64,000 nucleotides of DNA from Terriglobia bacterium (GTDB taxonomy: Bacteria > Acidobacteriota > Terriglobia > Terriglobales > Acidobacteriaceae). The DNA is taken from contig CAVSER010000006.1 of assembly GCA_963727085.1 (NCBI GenBank), positions 14,537 through 78,536 of the forward strand, given 5' to 3'. The notes under the pieces were generated by a model, which ran no database searches, was not told the origin of the DNA, and saw nothing but the letters and a program-made list of their open reading frames with translations. The position numbers and the translations under genes were made by a program. Below, piece by piece: positions 1 to 9,669 of this stretch. Every line of letters starts with the position of its first letter. Within the stretch, counting starts at the first letter, position 1.

Positions 1-2076
1 TCCGACCAGGTTGGCTCATTCGAGAACTCGGAATTTGAGCTGCTGAGCGAGATGGCGGGCAACCTGTCGTTCGGAATCAGCGCGATCCGATCGCAAGATG
101 AGGGACGAAAAGCGACGGCGGCGCTGCGCGAGGCGGAGTCGAAATATCGACAACTGGTCGAAGAGGTCCCGGCGATTTCGTATGTGGCCGAAGCCGGAGT
201 GATGGGGCGGTTTCTCTATTTGAGTCCTCAGGTGACGAAGATCCTGGGATATGCGGCAGAGGATTGCCTGACTGATCCGTGGTTCTGGTGGAATCACCTG
301 AACCCGAACGATCATGACGTTGCAAAGCTCGAGGACGCATGGGAAGAGGGCCGGCCGGTGCGGCTGGAATACCGGATGCGCCGGCAGGACGGGCGCGAAG
401 TTTGGATACGGGATGAGGCGGTCATCTATCGGGACGAGTCGAACAAGCGGCTGATTCGCGGGCTGATGATCGATATCACCGAGCAGAAGCGCGCGCACGA
501 GGCGCTGCGCGACAGCGAGGAACGGTACAGAGCGTTCGTTGAGCAAAGCTCTGAGGGGATCTTCCGCATGGAGTACGCCCCGCCAGTGCCCTGTGATCTG
601 CCGGTCCGAGAACAAATTCGGGTGGCACACGAGCGCGGCCGCATGGCGGAATGCAATGACGCCATGGCGAAGATGTACGGGCGGAGTTCGGCGAAGGAAC
701 TGATCGGCAAGCGGCTGACGGAATTTCTTGTGGCTCGAGATCCGGTGACTCTGCAGTTCATGGAGCGATTCGTAGAGATGGGCTATCGCATCACCGACCA
801 GGAATCCCGCGAGATGGACGCGCAGGGCCGGAACAAGATTTTCCGCAACACCATGGTTGGAATGGTTGTGGATGGCTGCTGGGTGCGCTCGTGGGGCATT
901 ACGCGAGATGTGACGGAACGCATGCATCTGGAAGACCAGCTCCGGAATGCGCAGCAACTGGAAGCGATCGGGCGACTGGCGGGAGGGGTAGCCCATGATT
1001 TCAACAATATTTTAAGCATCATCATGGGCCACGGGGAATTGCTTCTGGCCATGGGCGCGGACGAGAAAGCGAAAACCGGCTTGCAGCAGATCCGGCTGGC
1101 GTCGATGCGGGCGGCTTCGCTGACGCAGCAATTACTGGCATTCAGCCGGAAGCAGGTGCTGCAGCCCAAAGTGCTGGACCTGAATGAGGCGGTGACGGAA
1201 ACGCAAAAGATGTTGTCGCGCGTGATCGGGGAAGACATTGAGCTGATCGCGAAGCTGGATCCGCGCCTGAAGTCGGTCAAGGTGGATCCCGGGCAAGTCG
1301 AGCAGGTGCTGATGAACCTGGCGGTGAACGCGCGTGATGCGATGCCGCATGGCGGCAAGCTGACGATGACGACATCGAATGTTGAGATCAGAGCAGAGCA
1401 GGAGCGGAGTTTAGATTTGCCGCCCGGCCCGTACGTGATGTTGAAGGTGTCCGATACGGGAGAGGGGATCGAGGCGGCAACGCTGCCGCACATCTTCGAA
1501 CCGTTCTTCACGACGAAAGCTGTGGGTAAGGGCACGGGACTCGGGCTGGCGACTGTTTATGGAATTCTGAAGCAGAGTGGTGGAAGCGTCCAGGTGGAGA
1601 GTGTGGCAGGAAACGGGACGACGTTTTGCATTTACTTGCCAGCGGCGAAGGAGGGCTGCGTGTCGAAGGAGCTTGAACGTCCGGGAGAAAATCATGTGGC
1701 GGGAGGAACCGAAACGATCCTGATCGCCGAAGACGAACCGGATCTCCGGGAGCTGACTCGAATTTTCCTGGAGGGATACGGATATAAGGTGTTATCCGCG
1801 GCGAATGCGGAGAAAGCGATTCAACTGGCGGATAAATATCCTGACACGATTCACCTGCTATTGACGGACGTGATTATGCCGGGGATCAGCGGACGCCAGC
1901 TGGCGGAGAATATTCTGCGCAAGCGTCCGCAGACAAGAATCGTCTATATGACCGGCTATACCGATGACATGGTGGTGCAACACAAGGTGCTGGAGCCGGG
2001 AGTGCAGTTGCTGCAGAAGCCATTCAAGAAAGCGGAGCTTGCGATGAAGGTGCGGGCGACGCTGGATGAGAAGTAA
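1..2076 (+). CDS. Hybrid sensor histidine kinase / response regulator with PAS domains (5' end cut by window edge)
   Basis: Frame 1 is open from nt 1 (SDQVGSFENSEFELLSEMAG...), so the ATG at 52 is probably internal. Two PAS-like segments are followed by H-box AHDFNNIL, N box NLAVNARDAM, G boxes DTGEGI and GTGLGLATVYG. A receiver domain follows (ILIAEDEPDLR...LLLTDVIMPGISG...QKPF). Confidence 0.9.
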   Translation, partial: SDQVGSFENSEFELLSEMAGNLSFGISAIRSQDEGRKATAALREAESKYRQLVEEVPAISYVAEAGVMGRFLYLSPQVTKILGYAAEDCLTDPWFWWNHLNPNDHDVAKLEDAWEEGRPVRLEYRMRRQDGREVWIRDEAVIYRDESNKRLIRGLMIDITEQKRAHEALRDSEERYRAFVEQSSEGIFRMEYAPPVPCDLPVREQIRVAHERGRMAECNDAMAKMYGRSSAKELIGKRLTEFLVARDPVTLQFMERFVEMGYRITDQESREMDAQGRNKIFRNTMVGMVVDGCWVRSWGITRDVTERMHLEDQLRNAQQLEAIGRLAGGVAHDFNNILSIIMGHGELLLAMGADEKAKTGLQQIRLASMRAASLTQQLLAFSRKQVLQPKVLDLNEAVTETQKMLSRVIGEDIELIAKLDPRLKSVKVDPGQVEQVLMNLAVNARDAMPHGGKLTMTTSNVEIRAEQERSLDLPPGPYVMLKVSDTGEGIEAATLPHIFEPFFTTKAVGKGTGLGLATVYGILKQSGGSVQVESVAGNGTTFCIYLPAAKEGCVSKELERPGENHVAGGTETILIAEDEPDLRELTRIFLEGYGYKVLSAANAEKAIQLADKYPDTIHLLLTDVIMPGISGRQLAENILRKRPQTRIVYMTGYTDDMVVQHKVLEPGVQLLQKPFKKAELAMKVRATLDEK

Positions 2077-2209
2077 GTAGCGAATGGTCGGGGGGCAGTT
2101 GCGCCTGTGACAGGGATCCGGATCCGCGAGTCATGATCAGCCGCCCGCTTTCCTTGTAAAATCATCTGGATCGTTCATCGCGGTAAATCCTAACTACAAA
2201 AGGTGGGCA

Positions 2210-2887
2210 ATGACTGAGCGGGAAAGCGGCGGGGCAGTGGCTTCGGAAAAAAAGATCTGGGTGACGCTGAACGGGCTGCCGCTGACGATGAAACTGAATT
2301 GGCCGTTTCATCAGTCCACATCTGGAGCGGACTTCTGGGTACTGCACGGGGACATCCGGTTGGAAGCATCCGAGGGCCTGCACGCGCCGGTGGCGGTGAA
2401 TCTTTCGCAGACGGTAAAGGAAATCTTGCCATCGATCGAGCCCCAGCACGCGGAAGCTCCGGTCGTGAATGCGCTGCGCAAAGAAGTGGACCGGAAGCAG
2501 ATTGAGTTCGTAAAGTCGGGGAAGCTTCTGCCAATTCCCTTTTCCAGCCGGCACTACGATTTCAAGCAACAGCGGTGGGTATTCGGGAAGGCCAGCGACG
2601 AGGCGATGGCGGACTTCATCGAGAAGAAGGTCTATTGGCAAACGACGCTCGGAGGAGATGCGCGAGTTTGGATCGGCGATCCGGCGGAGGCGCAGTATGT
2701 TCAGACGACTCCATCACACCTGATTGAAGTGGCAGCGAGACTGGTTGCGGCACAGGGACTGCTGCGCATTGAGGGCGAGTATGCGCAGGCGACACAGGCT
2801 TTGATCAATCAGGCGGAACGGTTTGAGACGGCACGGAGGGTGGCGCTGGAGCAGTTGGATAAGAAACACGCGTTTGAGAGAGGATAG
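2210..2887 (+). CDS. Hypothetical protein
   Basis: 225-aa ORF with a purine-rich RBS (aaaaggtggg) before the ATG. Coding-like composition; I recognise no family motif. Confidence 0.55.
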   Translation: MTERESGGAVASEKKIWVTLNGLPLTMKLNWPFHQSTSGADFWVLHGDIRLEASEGLHAPVAVNLSQTVKEILPSIEPQHAEAPVVNALRKEVDRKQIEFVKSGKLLPIPFSSRHYDFKQQRWVFGKASDEAMADFIEKKVYWQTTLGGDARVWIGDPAEAQYVQTTPSHLIEVAARLVAAQGLLRIEGEYAQATQALINQAERFETARRVALEQLDKKHAFERG

Positions 2888-3030
2888 GTTCAGTGGTCAG
2901 TGGTTGGTGATCAGTTGTCCGGATTTGTACATCAATTATCGCGTGCCACTCCATCCCCATGACAGCCCATCTCCGGAAAAGGAAAAAACAAATTCAACAC
3001 AGAGGGGCACTGGGGAAATACCGCATTGAC

Positions 3031-3444
3031 TCAACTTGTTCGCGGCTTGCGCAGTGATCCGGTGATGACGGCGCCCAGGTCGAGTAGGCACATCAGCGAA
3101 ATGATCCCCAGCGAAATTACACAGTAGACGCACCAGACGCCGAGGACATGGGCCTCGATGTGCGCCAGATAGAGCGAGAAGGCGAGTCCGGCGAATGTGG
3201 GGATGATCAGCAGACGGTAGGCGCGAAATAGCGCGAGCGCGGCCATGAGGACGTATCCCAGGATGCCAACGGTGGCGACGGGAATGGGTCCGAGCATGGC
3301 GTAACGGCTGTGGTTGACCACGCCGCAATCCCAGTGTTCGTTGATGCTGCAGGGGGAGTCTCCGTATTCGCGATAGTGTTCGCGGAGTGCGAGGGAGGAG
3401 ACGATGATTCCCATGATGGCTAGGAGCAGAAGTAGGTATTTCAT
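3031..3444 (-). CDS. Vitamin K epoxide reductase (VKOR) family membrane protein
   Basis: 137 aa, about 4 hydrophobic helices. Loop cysteine pair C-x7-C (DSPCSINEHWDCGVV) and membrane CxxC (VWCVYCVIS), as in bacterial VKOR/DsbB-analog proteins. About 90 nt downstream of the SCO gene on the same strand. Confidence 0.8.
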   Translation of the reverse strand: MKYLLLLLAIMGIIVSSLALREHYREYGDSPCSINEHWDCGVVNHSRYAMLGPIPVATVGILGYVLMAALALFRAYRLLIIPTFAGLAFSLYLAHIEAHVLGVWCVYCVISLGIISLMCLLDLGAVITGSLRKPRTS

Positions 3445-3536
3445 AGGGTCAAGGTTTCAGAGTCTCAAGGTTTCCAGGCGCTCGATCACAGATGTACTCT
3501 TCCCGCCTGGACCCCGTAAATCCTGACACATGCTTG

Positions 3537-4448
3537 CTAGGATCTCTGGGTGCTGGCGGCAGCTACGTCCTTTATTAGATCAGAAACCTGCCAGTCGCCG
3601 CCGTGATACCACTTCACAATTTTGCTGTCGGGGCCGATGACGGCTGTACTCAGGTTATGGGTGATCATGCCATTTTCCGGCTGGACCGTGAGCGCGAAGA
3701 ATTCGGCGATCTTCGGCAATTCGTCTTTGGGTGGCGCGGCGAATTCCCAGCGGCGGAAGAGTGCCGTGTCATGGGTGTGGGCGACTGAAAATCCATAGTC
3801 GCGCAGAACCTTTGGCGTATCGTGCTCGGGATCGAAGCTGACGCTCACCAGGTGAGCGTTGGCTAGCGCGGGATTGGTCGCAGCCTGCTTGTAGACTTCG
3901 TTAAAGTTGCTGCTCATACGGGGGCAGAACTCCGGGAACGGGCAGCGCGTGTAGATGAAGGTCACGAGGAGCGTTTTGCCGCGGTACTGCTTGATGCTGA
4001 CGCGCTTGCCGTCCTGGTTGGTAAAGGCGAAGTCAGGGACCTCTTCGCCGGGGGACGGCATGTGCAGGGCGTCGGGTCCCTTGGCAGGAGGATTTTTCGC
4101 GTGGGCGGTGACCTTCACATTTTCGAGCCAGTAGTCAGGGACGGCGTCTTCGTTCTTTGTGGCCGGCTCGATGACGACGACGTCGGCTGCGATGGAGTCC
4201 CCGGGAGCGAGTTCGCGCAGCATGGAGGCGGGCTTGATCTTGTACGACATGGCCATGGGATCCATGAAGCCGGGGATGTTGTCGCCGTCGATGAGGGCGG
4301 ATTCGGACTGGCTCTCGATGGTGATGATGCGTCCGGTGAAGTGGTAGCGTTTCGCGGCCGGGGTCTTGGAGCGGTGGCAGGCGGAGATGAGAGCGATGGC
4401 GGCGAGCAGCGCGAGTAAGAGCGCACGAATGCGGATTGAGTTTTTCAC
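3537..4448 (-). CDS. SCO1/SenC family thioredoxin-fold copper chaperone with N-terminal Met-rich (CusF-like) segment
   Basis: Lipoprotein-like N-terminus (LLAAIALISAC). Met-rich segment GFMDPMAMSYKI. SCO motif LLVTFIYTRCPFPEFCPRM (CxxxC) and VSFDPEHDTP. Confidence 0.8.
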   Translation of the reverse strand: MKNSIRIRALLLALLAAIALISACHRSKTPAAKRYHFTGRIITIESQSESALIDGDNIPGFMDPMAMSYKIKPASMLRELAPGDSIAADVVVIEPATKNEDAVPDYWLENVKVTAHAKNPPAKGPDALHMPSPGEEVPDFAFTNQDGKRVSIKQYRGKTLLVTFIYTRCPFPEFCPRMSSNFNEVYKQAATNPALANAHLVSVSFDPEHDTPKVLRDYGFSVAHTHDTALFRRWEFAAPPKDELPKIAEFFALTVQPENGMITHNLSTAVIGPDSKIVKWYHGGDWQVSDLIKDVAAASTQRS

Positions 4449-4595
4449 GTTGTAGACAATTTAAACCTGGGCGGGCCGTTTTGCCACGGCGGGGTCGCGT
4501 CAGGCGTCGCCGTGGGATGCATGTTCGCTCATCGACAGCGGAGCTCGCGGGTTTACTATCGTGAGTTCCTGGGACACCGAGTGTAGGAGGTTTGT

Positions 4596-6098
4596 ATGCG
4601 GAAGCAGGGCGGCGGAGGATTTGGCATGCATCTTGAGATCGCGCTCGTCGTGATGTCATTGATGATGTGCGGCGTTGCGCAGGAGAAGTCTTCCGGGACG
4701 ATCCGATTAGACCCACAGAATCCGCATTACTTTGTGTTTCATGGGCAGACCGTCGCGTTGGTTGGCAGCGGAGAGCATTACGGGGCTGTGTTCAACGGCG
4801 ATTTCGATTTTCACAAGTACCTGCAGACTCTCGAAACCGACCGGATGAATTACACGCGGCTGTTCGGCGGATCGTATGTGGAAGTGCCGGGGAAGTCGTT
4901 CGGGATTGCGCGGAATGATCTCGCTCCGGCCGACGGTCGATTTGTCGCGCCGTGGAGCCGCAGTGATGTTCCCGGCTATGCGGGCGGCGGGAACAAGTTG
5001 GACCTAGCGAAGTGGAATGGGGAGTATTTTTCGCGCTTGCACGATTTTCTTGCCGAAGCGGATCGGCACGGCGTGGTGGTGGAGATCTCGCTGTTCTCTT
5101 CGCAGTATGCGGAGGCGCAATGGAATCTGTCTCCGTTCAAGCGCGAGAACAATGTGAACACGACGGATGCGATTGAGTGGAAGAAAGTGAATACGCTCGA
5201 GAACGGGAACATCCTGGGGATCCAGGAGCGGTATGTGCGGAAGCTGGTGCGAGAGGCGAATGCCTATCCGAACGTAATTTTTGAGATACAGAATGAGCCG
5301 TGGTCGGACCGTCCGGTGCAGGTCGATGTGATGAATCCTTATTTGTTTACTGGGAGAGACCAGTATCCGAATTCGGTGGAGTTGCCGGATGAAGCTTCGA
5401 TGGCTTGGCAGGCGCGAGTGGCCGAGTGGATCACGAGCGAGGAGGCGGCACTGCCGAATCAGCATCTGATCGCGCAGAACTGCTGCAACTTTGTTTATCC
5501 GATGAAGAAGGTGCTCGCCGGAGTCAGCGTCGTGAATTTTCATTATGCGTATCCGGAAGCGGCGGTGCTGAATTACGGATTGGGGAAGGCTCTCTCGTAT
5601 GACGAGACTGGATTCCTGGGCCGCGAAGACGATAAGTACGCGCGGCAGGCGTGGAACTTCATGCTGTCGGGCGGAGGCGTCTTCGATCATCTTGATTACT
5701 CGTTCAGCGTAGGGCATGAAGATGGGAAGGATCTGGAGGCCAATGGACCGGGAGGGGGGAGTCCTGAGTTGCGGAAGCGGCTGAGCATTCTAAGCGAGTT
5801 CTTGAACGGCCTGCCGCTTGTGGAGATGGCGCCGGACTTTTCGACCGTGAAGCATGCCGGAGGCGTGGTCGCGCATACGCTCTCTTCGTCTAAGGGGGTG
5901 TATGCGATGTATGTGGACGGGGAGGGCCCGGCGGAGATCACTTTTGCCCTGCCGGAAGGCAGGTACGAGGTGTCATGGGTCGATGTTGTGCATGGCGGGC
6001 CGACGGGTTCGTCATCGTTTCAGCACGCTGGAGGGGAGAAAGTGCTCGTAACTCCGGTGTTTCGGCAGGGGATTGCGATGCGTTTAACGCGGCGCTGA
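4596..6098 (+). CDS. Secreted clan GH-A (TIM-barrel, GH5-like) glycoside hydrolase, putative
   Basis: Signal-like N-terminus (the start could instead be the ATG at 4626, MHLEIALVVMSLMMCGVAQ). FEIQNEPW acid/base motif and a later SYDETGF candidate nucleophile. Family assignment is by motif only. Confidence 0.5.
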   Translation: MRKQGGGGFGMHLEIALVVMSLMMCGVAQEKSSGTIRLDPQNPHYFVFHGQTVALVGSGEHYGAVFNGDFDFHKYLQTLETDRMNYTRLFGGSYVEVPGKSFGIARNDLAPADGRFVAPWSRSDVPGYAGGGNKLDLAKWNGEYFSRLHDFLAEADRHGVVVEISLFSSQYAEAQWNLSPFKRENNVNTTDAIEWKKVNTLENGNILGIQERYVRKLVREANAYPNVIFEIQNEPWSDRPVQVDVMNPYLFTGRDQYPNSVELPDEASMAWQARVAEWITSEEAALPNQHLIAQNCCNFVYPMKKVLAGVSVVNFHYAYPEAAVLNYGLGKALSYDETGFLGREDDKYARQAWNFMLSGGGVFDHLDYSFSVGHEDGKDLEANGPGGGSPELRKRLSILSEFLNGLPLVEMAPDFSTVKHAGGVVAHTLSSSKGVYAMYVDGEGPAEITFALPEGRYEVSWVDVVHGGPTGSSSFQHAGGEKVLVTPVFRQGIAMRLTRR

Positions 6099-6385
6099 GA
6101 ACCAAGAGAGTAAACCGGTGGAATTTCGGCGGAAGGATTCGTCGAATTCTTGTTTGGTTGACCCAAAAGCACTTCGGCCTTCCACTTTCGTTCTTGAAAG
6201 AGCGATGTCAGGCGTCAGAATTGTGTTCCTGGCCTAAGGTCCGGGCGGGGCACTCCACTTCCGCATGTCTTCTTGCGGAATCTCCTCGCCCCTTTCGCAG
6301 GCTGCGGGAAAAAGCATGCCGCCTTTTGAGGGTAGAAGTGGGAGAAGTGAGCGAGAAACAGCCGGGGTTACCTTTTTGATTCGTG

Positions 6386-7192
6386 CTAGCGGAAGCGGAA
6401 CAAGAAGTACATCAAGGCGCCGAGGATCATGGCGGCAAGCGCAAGGCCGAAGACCTTCCATGCATTGCTGCTTTCCGGAGTGATGGGACGGCCATCGATT
6501 GTGCCGAGATTGGATGCATCCGGCTGCGAGAATTGGGCGGCACCGGTACGCACGGGGGCCTTCGATGCACCGAACGTGATTCCCTTTGAGCCGGCATTCA
6601 CTCTGAATGCTGTCTTCTTGTTGACTACCACCTTCACGTTTGCGGATCCGGCTTGCGCGGCGAGAGCCTGCGGGAGTTCCGGCAACACATGCTTGCCGGC
6701 GAAATTCAGAAACTTCTCCAGCAGGTGACTTTCGAGGTCGTTCTCGTTCGGCGCGTGGACCACGGGAGAATTCGGATCGGCGGAGTGGATCTCGAACCCG
6801 CCTTGCGGCGTGCGTTCGACATGGAAGGCCATTTCGAGTTTCTTGGCCTCGGCGGCCTTCAGAGCGGGAAACTCCGTGGAGATTGCGTTGAGAATGTTCT
6901 GCTGGATTTTCTGTTGCACTTCCTCGCGAGTGGGCGCCTCGATCGGAGCGACGGTTGGATCGGTCGCGCGGGCGATGAATCCGCCATCAGGCTTGGGCTC
7001 GATCTTGTAGGCGAATTGGGAGATGAGACGGTTAGATTCCACGGGAGGATGGTAGCGCGGATCGGGACGGTTTGGATGATTACGTTGGTGATCCGGTGGC
7101 GGTGAACGGATTGGTGCCGTCCGCTGAAGCGGACTGGAAGTGTAATCCCTAGCTGGTGGCATGGGGAGCGCACCGGGGTTAGTCGGCTCCAC
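6386..7192 (-). CDS. Hypothetical protein with C-terminal transmembrane anchor
   Basis: 268-aa ORF with a Pro-rich N-terminus and a C-terminal hydrophobic helix VFGLALAAMILGALMYFLF. Start codon uncertain. Confidence 0.5.
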   Translation of the reverse strand: MEPTNPGALPMPPARDYTSSPLQRTAPIRSPPPDHQRNHPNRPDPRYHPPVESNRLISQFAYKIEPKPDGGFIARATDPTVAPIEAPTREEVQQKIQQNILNAISTEFPALKAAEAKKLEMAFHVERTPQGGFEIHSADPNSPVVHAPNENDLESHLLEKFLNFAGKHVLPELPQALAAQAGSANVKVVVNKKTAFRVNAGSKGITFGASKAPVRTGAAQFSQPDASNLGTIDGRPITPESSNAWKVFGLALAAMILGALMYFLFRFR

Positions 7193-7395
7193 CCATCAGG
7201 CGCGACCACGATTCACTGTTCTGTGGGCCCGATCTAGCTCGTCCTACAACATCGGCAAGCACTCGCGACAAGTGTCTTACTATTGCAAGATTCCCTCTCC
7301 ACCGCATAACCTTTCCTCACACCTGCGAGCGAAAATAGCGTCCGACGACACAGGTGTTGGGCCTAGAATTTAGAGAGAAAAGGAGATCATCCAAC

Positions 7396-7875
7396 ATGAA
7401 CCGGATTCCCCTTATCCTTTGCGTCCTTGGATTATCTTGCGCGTCATGGTCCCAAACCAATCGGGCATCTTGGGCGAATCTAAGCGCTCTGCAGGCGGGG
7501 CAGAAGATTCAAATCGTCGACATGAACTCAAAGAAACGTTCCGGAACCTTCGTGAGTGTCTCCGACAAGGCGATCTCGTACCAGGGAGCCGCAGGCGAGC
7601 AGATGATTCAGAAGCAAGACGTTCGCAGCGTGAAACTCATGGAAAACAGACACCGTTTGCGCAACACGCTCATCGGCGGTGCGGTGGGCGCCGGAGCGGG
7701 AGCTGGGATAGCTGCAGCGGCAGACCAGCCATGCTCATCGCAAGGATTCTGTATTGACCCTATTGGGCGAGGCGGAGCGGCCGGGATCGGCGCGCTTGTC
7801 GGTTTCGTTGGCGGCGCAGTCGTCGGAGTTCTGTGGCCGAGTCACAAAATGATTTACAGCGTCAATTCGCACTAG
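7396..7875 (+). CDS. Hypothetical secreted protein with C-terminal glycine-zipper-like region
   Basis: RBS aaaaggag lies about 10 nt before ATG 7396. Signal peptide MNRIPLILCVLGLSCASWSQ. C-terminal GGAVGAGAGAGIAAA...GGAAGIGALVGFVGGAVVG. Confidence 0.6.
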   Translation: MNRIPLILCVLGLSCASWSQTNRASWANLSALQAGQKIQIVDMNSKKRSGTFVSVSDKAISYQGAAGEQMIQKQDVRSVKLMENRHRLRNTLIGGAVGAGAGAGIAAAADQPCSSQGFCIDPIGRGGAAGIGALVGFVGGAVVGVLWPSHKMIYSVNSH

Positions 7876-7923
7876 CCCGCTTCGGATCGCCAATTCAAAA
7901 CCGCTAAACTATTGTTAGCAGGC

Positions 7924-8071
7924 GTGGCTGTTGAAAAACTCCTTCCCGCGAAATTCGCGAAAATAAAATCGCGCTAGGATGCCCTACAAACGACGATCTT
8001 AGTTTTCGAGACATTTTCTATCCCCCAAATTTCGACTGTTTGGGAGGAAACTGGAGTTTTTCAACAGCCAC
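7924..8071 (+). ncRNA. Structured element in the IS110 #1 upstream non-coding end (candidate bridge-RNA scaffold, or a MITE-like hairpin)
   Basis: Perfect 19-bp inverted repeat: gtggctgttgaaaaactcc (7924..7942) and ggagtttttcaacagccac (8053..8071). It encloses 110 nt with internal palindromes (cgcgaa-a-ttcgcg at 7946..7958; cccaaa...tttggg). It ends 90 nt before the transposase ATG. Confidence 0.3.
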
Positions 8072-8160
8072 AGGCGATAGCACGCAATATAAAAAGGCGC
8101 CCACTTTTGCGGTAGGTTGAGATTGTTCGGATCACCAACCTAGCGAAAGGGAGCGCCTTT

Positions 8161-9228
8161 ATGAATCAGGAAAAGTATATCGGCATGGACGTGCACCAAG
8201 CCACCATCTCGGTGGCGGTGATGGATGGTGCGGGCAAGCTGATCATGGAATGTCTGCTGGAGACCAAGGCGGCCACGATCATAGATTTCATCCGAGGATT
8301 GCAAGGAACCCTTTCTGTGACCTTCGAAGAGGGAACCTCGGCTGCCTGGTTGCATGACCTGCTGAAGCCTCGTGTCCACCATCTTGTAGTCTGCGATCCG
8401 CGCAAGAACGCTCGGTTGAAGGATGGCAACAAGAGCGACCGGATCGACGCGCGCAAACTGGCCGAGTTGTTACGCGGCAACCAACTCCATCCCGTGTACC
8501 ACGGAGAGCATGGGGTTCGTACCTTGAAGGAACTAGGGCGAAGTTATCTGACCATCACCCAGGATGTGACCCGCGTGATGAATCGCATCAAAGCGCTGTA
8601 TCGCAGCTGGGCGATTCCGTGCGCAGGCGCAACCGTCTACTCTCCCCGTCATCGCGCCGAGTGGTTGTCGAAGATCACGGAACCAGGAGTTCGGGTTCGC
8701 GCCGAGCGGCTCTATCAGCAACTGGATCTGTTGCAACCGGTGCGTCTGGAAGCGCGACGCGAGTTACTGGCGGAAAGCCACAAACATTCGGGCGTGAGGC
8801 TACTGCGCCAGATTCCTTCGATCGGTCCAATCCGCTCGGCCTTGCTGGTGGCCTTGCTGCAGACCCCGCACCGTTTCCGCACCAAGCGCCAACTATGGGC
8901 CTACAGTGGTTTTGCAGTCGAGACCCACGACAGCGGCGAGTACCGCTCGGTGCGCGGCAAACTGCAACGCAACCGCGAGCGCATGACGGTACGCGGTCTG
9001 AATGACAACCACAATCGAGAGCTGAAGAATCTGTTCAAGAGTGCTGCGGTGTCGGCCAGCACACGTCCTGGCCCTCTGCGCGATTTTTATGTGGCTCGAG
9101 TAGAGAAAGGAATGCGGCCGACCATGGCCCGTCTCACCTTGGCACGGAAGCTGGCCGCGATCAGTTTAACCATCTGGAAGAAAGGGGTGGACTTCGACGC
9201 CAACCAATTGCAGCGACAAGCAGCTTGA
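8161..9228 (+). CDS. IS110 family transposase (DEDD/RuvC-like N-domain plus Tnp_20-like C-domain)
   Basis: N-terminus YIGMDVHQATISVAVMDGAGKL. C-terminal LRQIPSIGPIRSALLVALLQTPHRFRTKRQLWAYSGFAVETHDSGE with the characteristic SG. RBS aaagggag upstream. Confidence 0.9.
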   Translation: MNQEKYIGMDVHQATISVAVMDGAGKLIMECLLETKAATIIDFIRGLQGTLSVTFEEGTSAAWLHDLLKPRVHHLVVCDPRKNARLKDGNKSDRIDARKLAELLRGNQLHPVYHGEHGVRTLKELGRSYLTITQDVTRVMNRIKALYRSWAIPCAGATVYSPRHRAEWLSKITEPGVRVRAERLYQQLDLLQPVRLEARRELLAESHKHSGVRLLRQIPSIGPIRSALLVALLQTPHRFRTKRQLWAYSGFAVETHDSGEYRSVRGKLQRNRERMTVRGLNDNHNRELKNLFKSAAVSASTRPGPLRDFYVARVEKGMRPTMARLTLARKLAAISLTIWKKGVDFDANQLQRQAA

Positions 9229-9573
9229 GCATCTCTGAGCCACAGGCTTTTCCATCTCTGCGGTGTACTCCGGTGGTGGACGGTCGGGTTCTGCAGATGC
9301 TCGGTTCGAGGGTGAGTATCAGTCAATGAGATCGGCCCCGTGTGCTTCGGCACCGAGTCACCCATTACACGCTATGCCCCCTCGGATAACCAGAAATAGC
9401 GATAGGCCACGAGCCTCGGATAGAACCATGGTTAACACTCGTCCTGCTTGCCGCGTCTTGCACACCCGGTGTTGCCACCAGCAGCAGAGAAACCTTACGA
9501 GATGGACAAAGAGCCGAACATCTTCAGAGATAACGAAACACAGTGGGCTGGATCTCGAGAAATAATCTCTCTC

Positions 9574-9599
9574 CTCCGGTCGAGGCGGAGCTTTTTTCT
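9574..9599 (+). terminator. Rho-independent terminator-like hairpin downstream of IS110 #1 transposase
   Basis: ctccg-gtcgagg-cggag followed by c-tttttt-ctt. The T-tract follows the hairpin only on the + strand, so it would end a + strand transcript from the IS rather than the convergent VWA gene. Confidence 0.5.
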
Positions 9600-9669
9600 T
9601 GACATCCCTTTTTATAGAACTCATTGACCCGATGATGAGTGAAATGGGGATATTACGACAGTTGACCGT

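Larger units (their letters stand above)
7876..9669 (+). mobile_element. IS110-family insertion sequence #1 (outer limits only; true ends not determined)
   Basis: Contains the DEDD-type transposase gene 8161..9228 plus 285 nt upstream and 441 nt downstream of non-coding sequence. No terminal inverted repeats were identified, as expected for this family. The limits are set by the neighbouring genes. Confidence 0.45.

Noticed and set aside
16-996. Long antisense ORFs opposite confident genes (16..996, 18282..19565, 22420..23235, 23235..24380, 26125..27057, 27400..28215, 32382..33326, 44309..45274, 46622..47332, 50829..51689, 52107..52841, 53701..54450)
   Set aside because: These are typical high-GC shadow ORFs. 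They are Arg/Pro/His-rich, have no motifs, and each fully overlaps a gene with strong family signatures on the other strand or frame.
4135-4716. 193-aa minus-strand ORF spanning the SCO gene start and the upstream spacer
   Set aside because: It is Arg-rich, overlaps the SCO gene in another frame, and has no motif.
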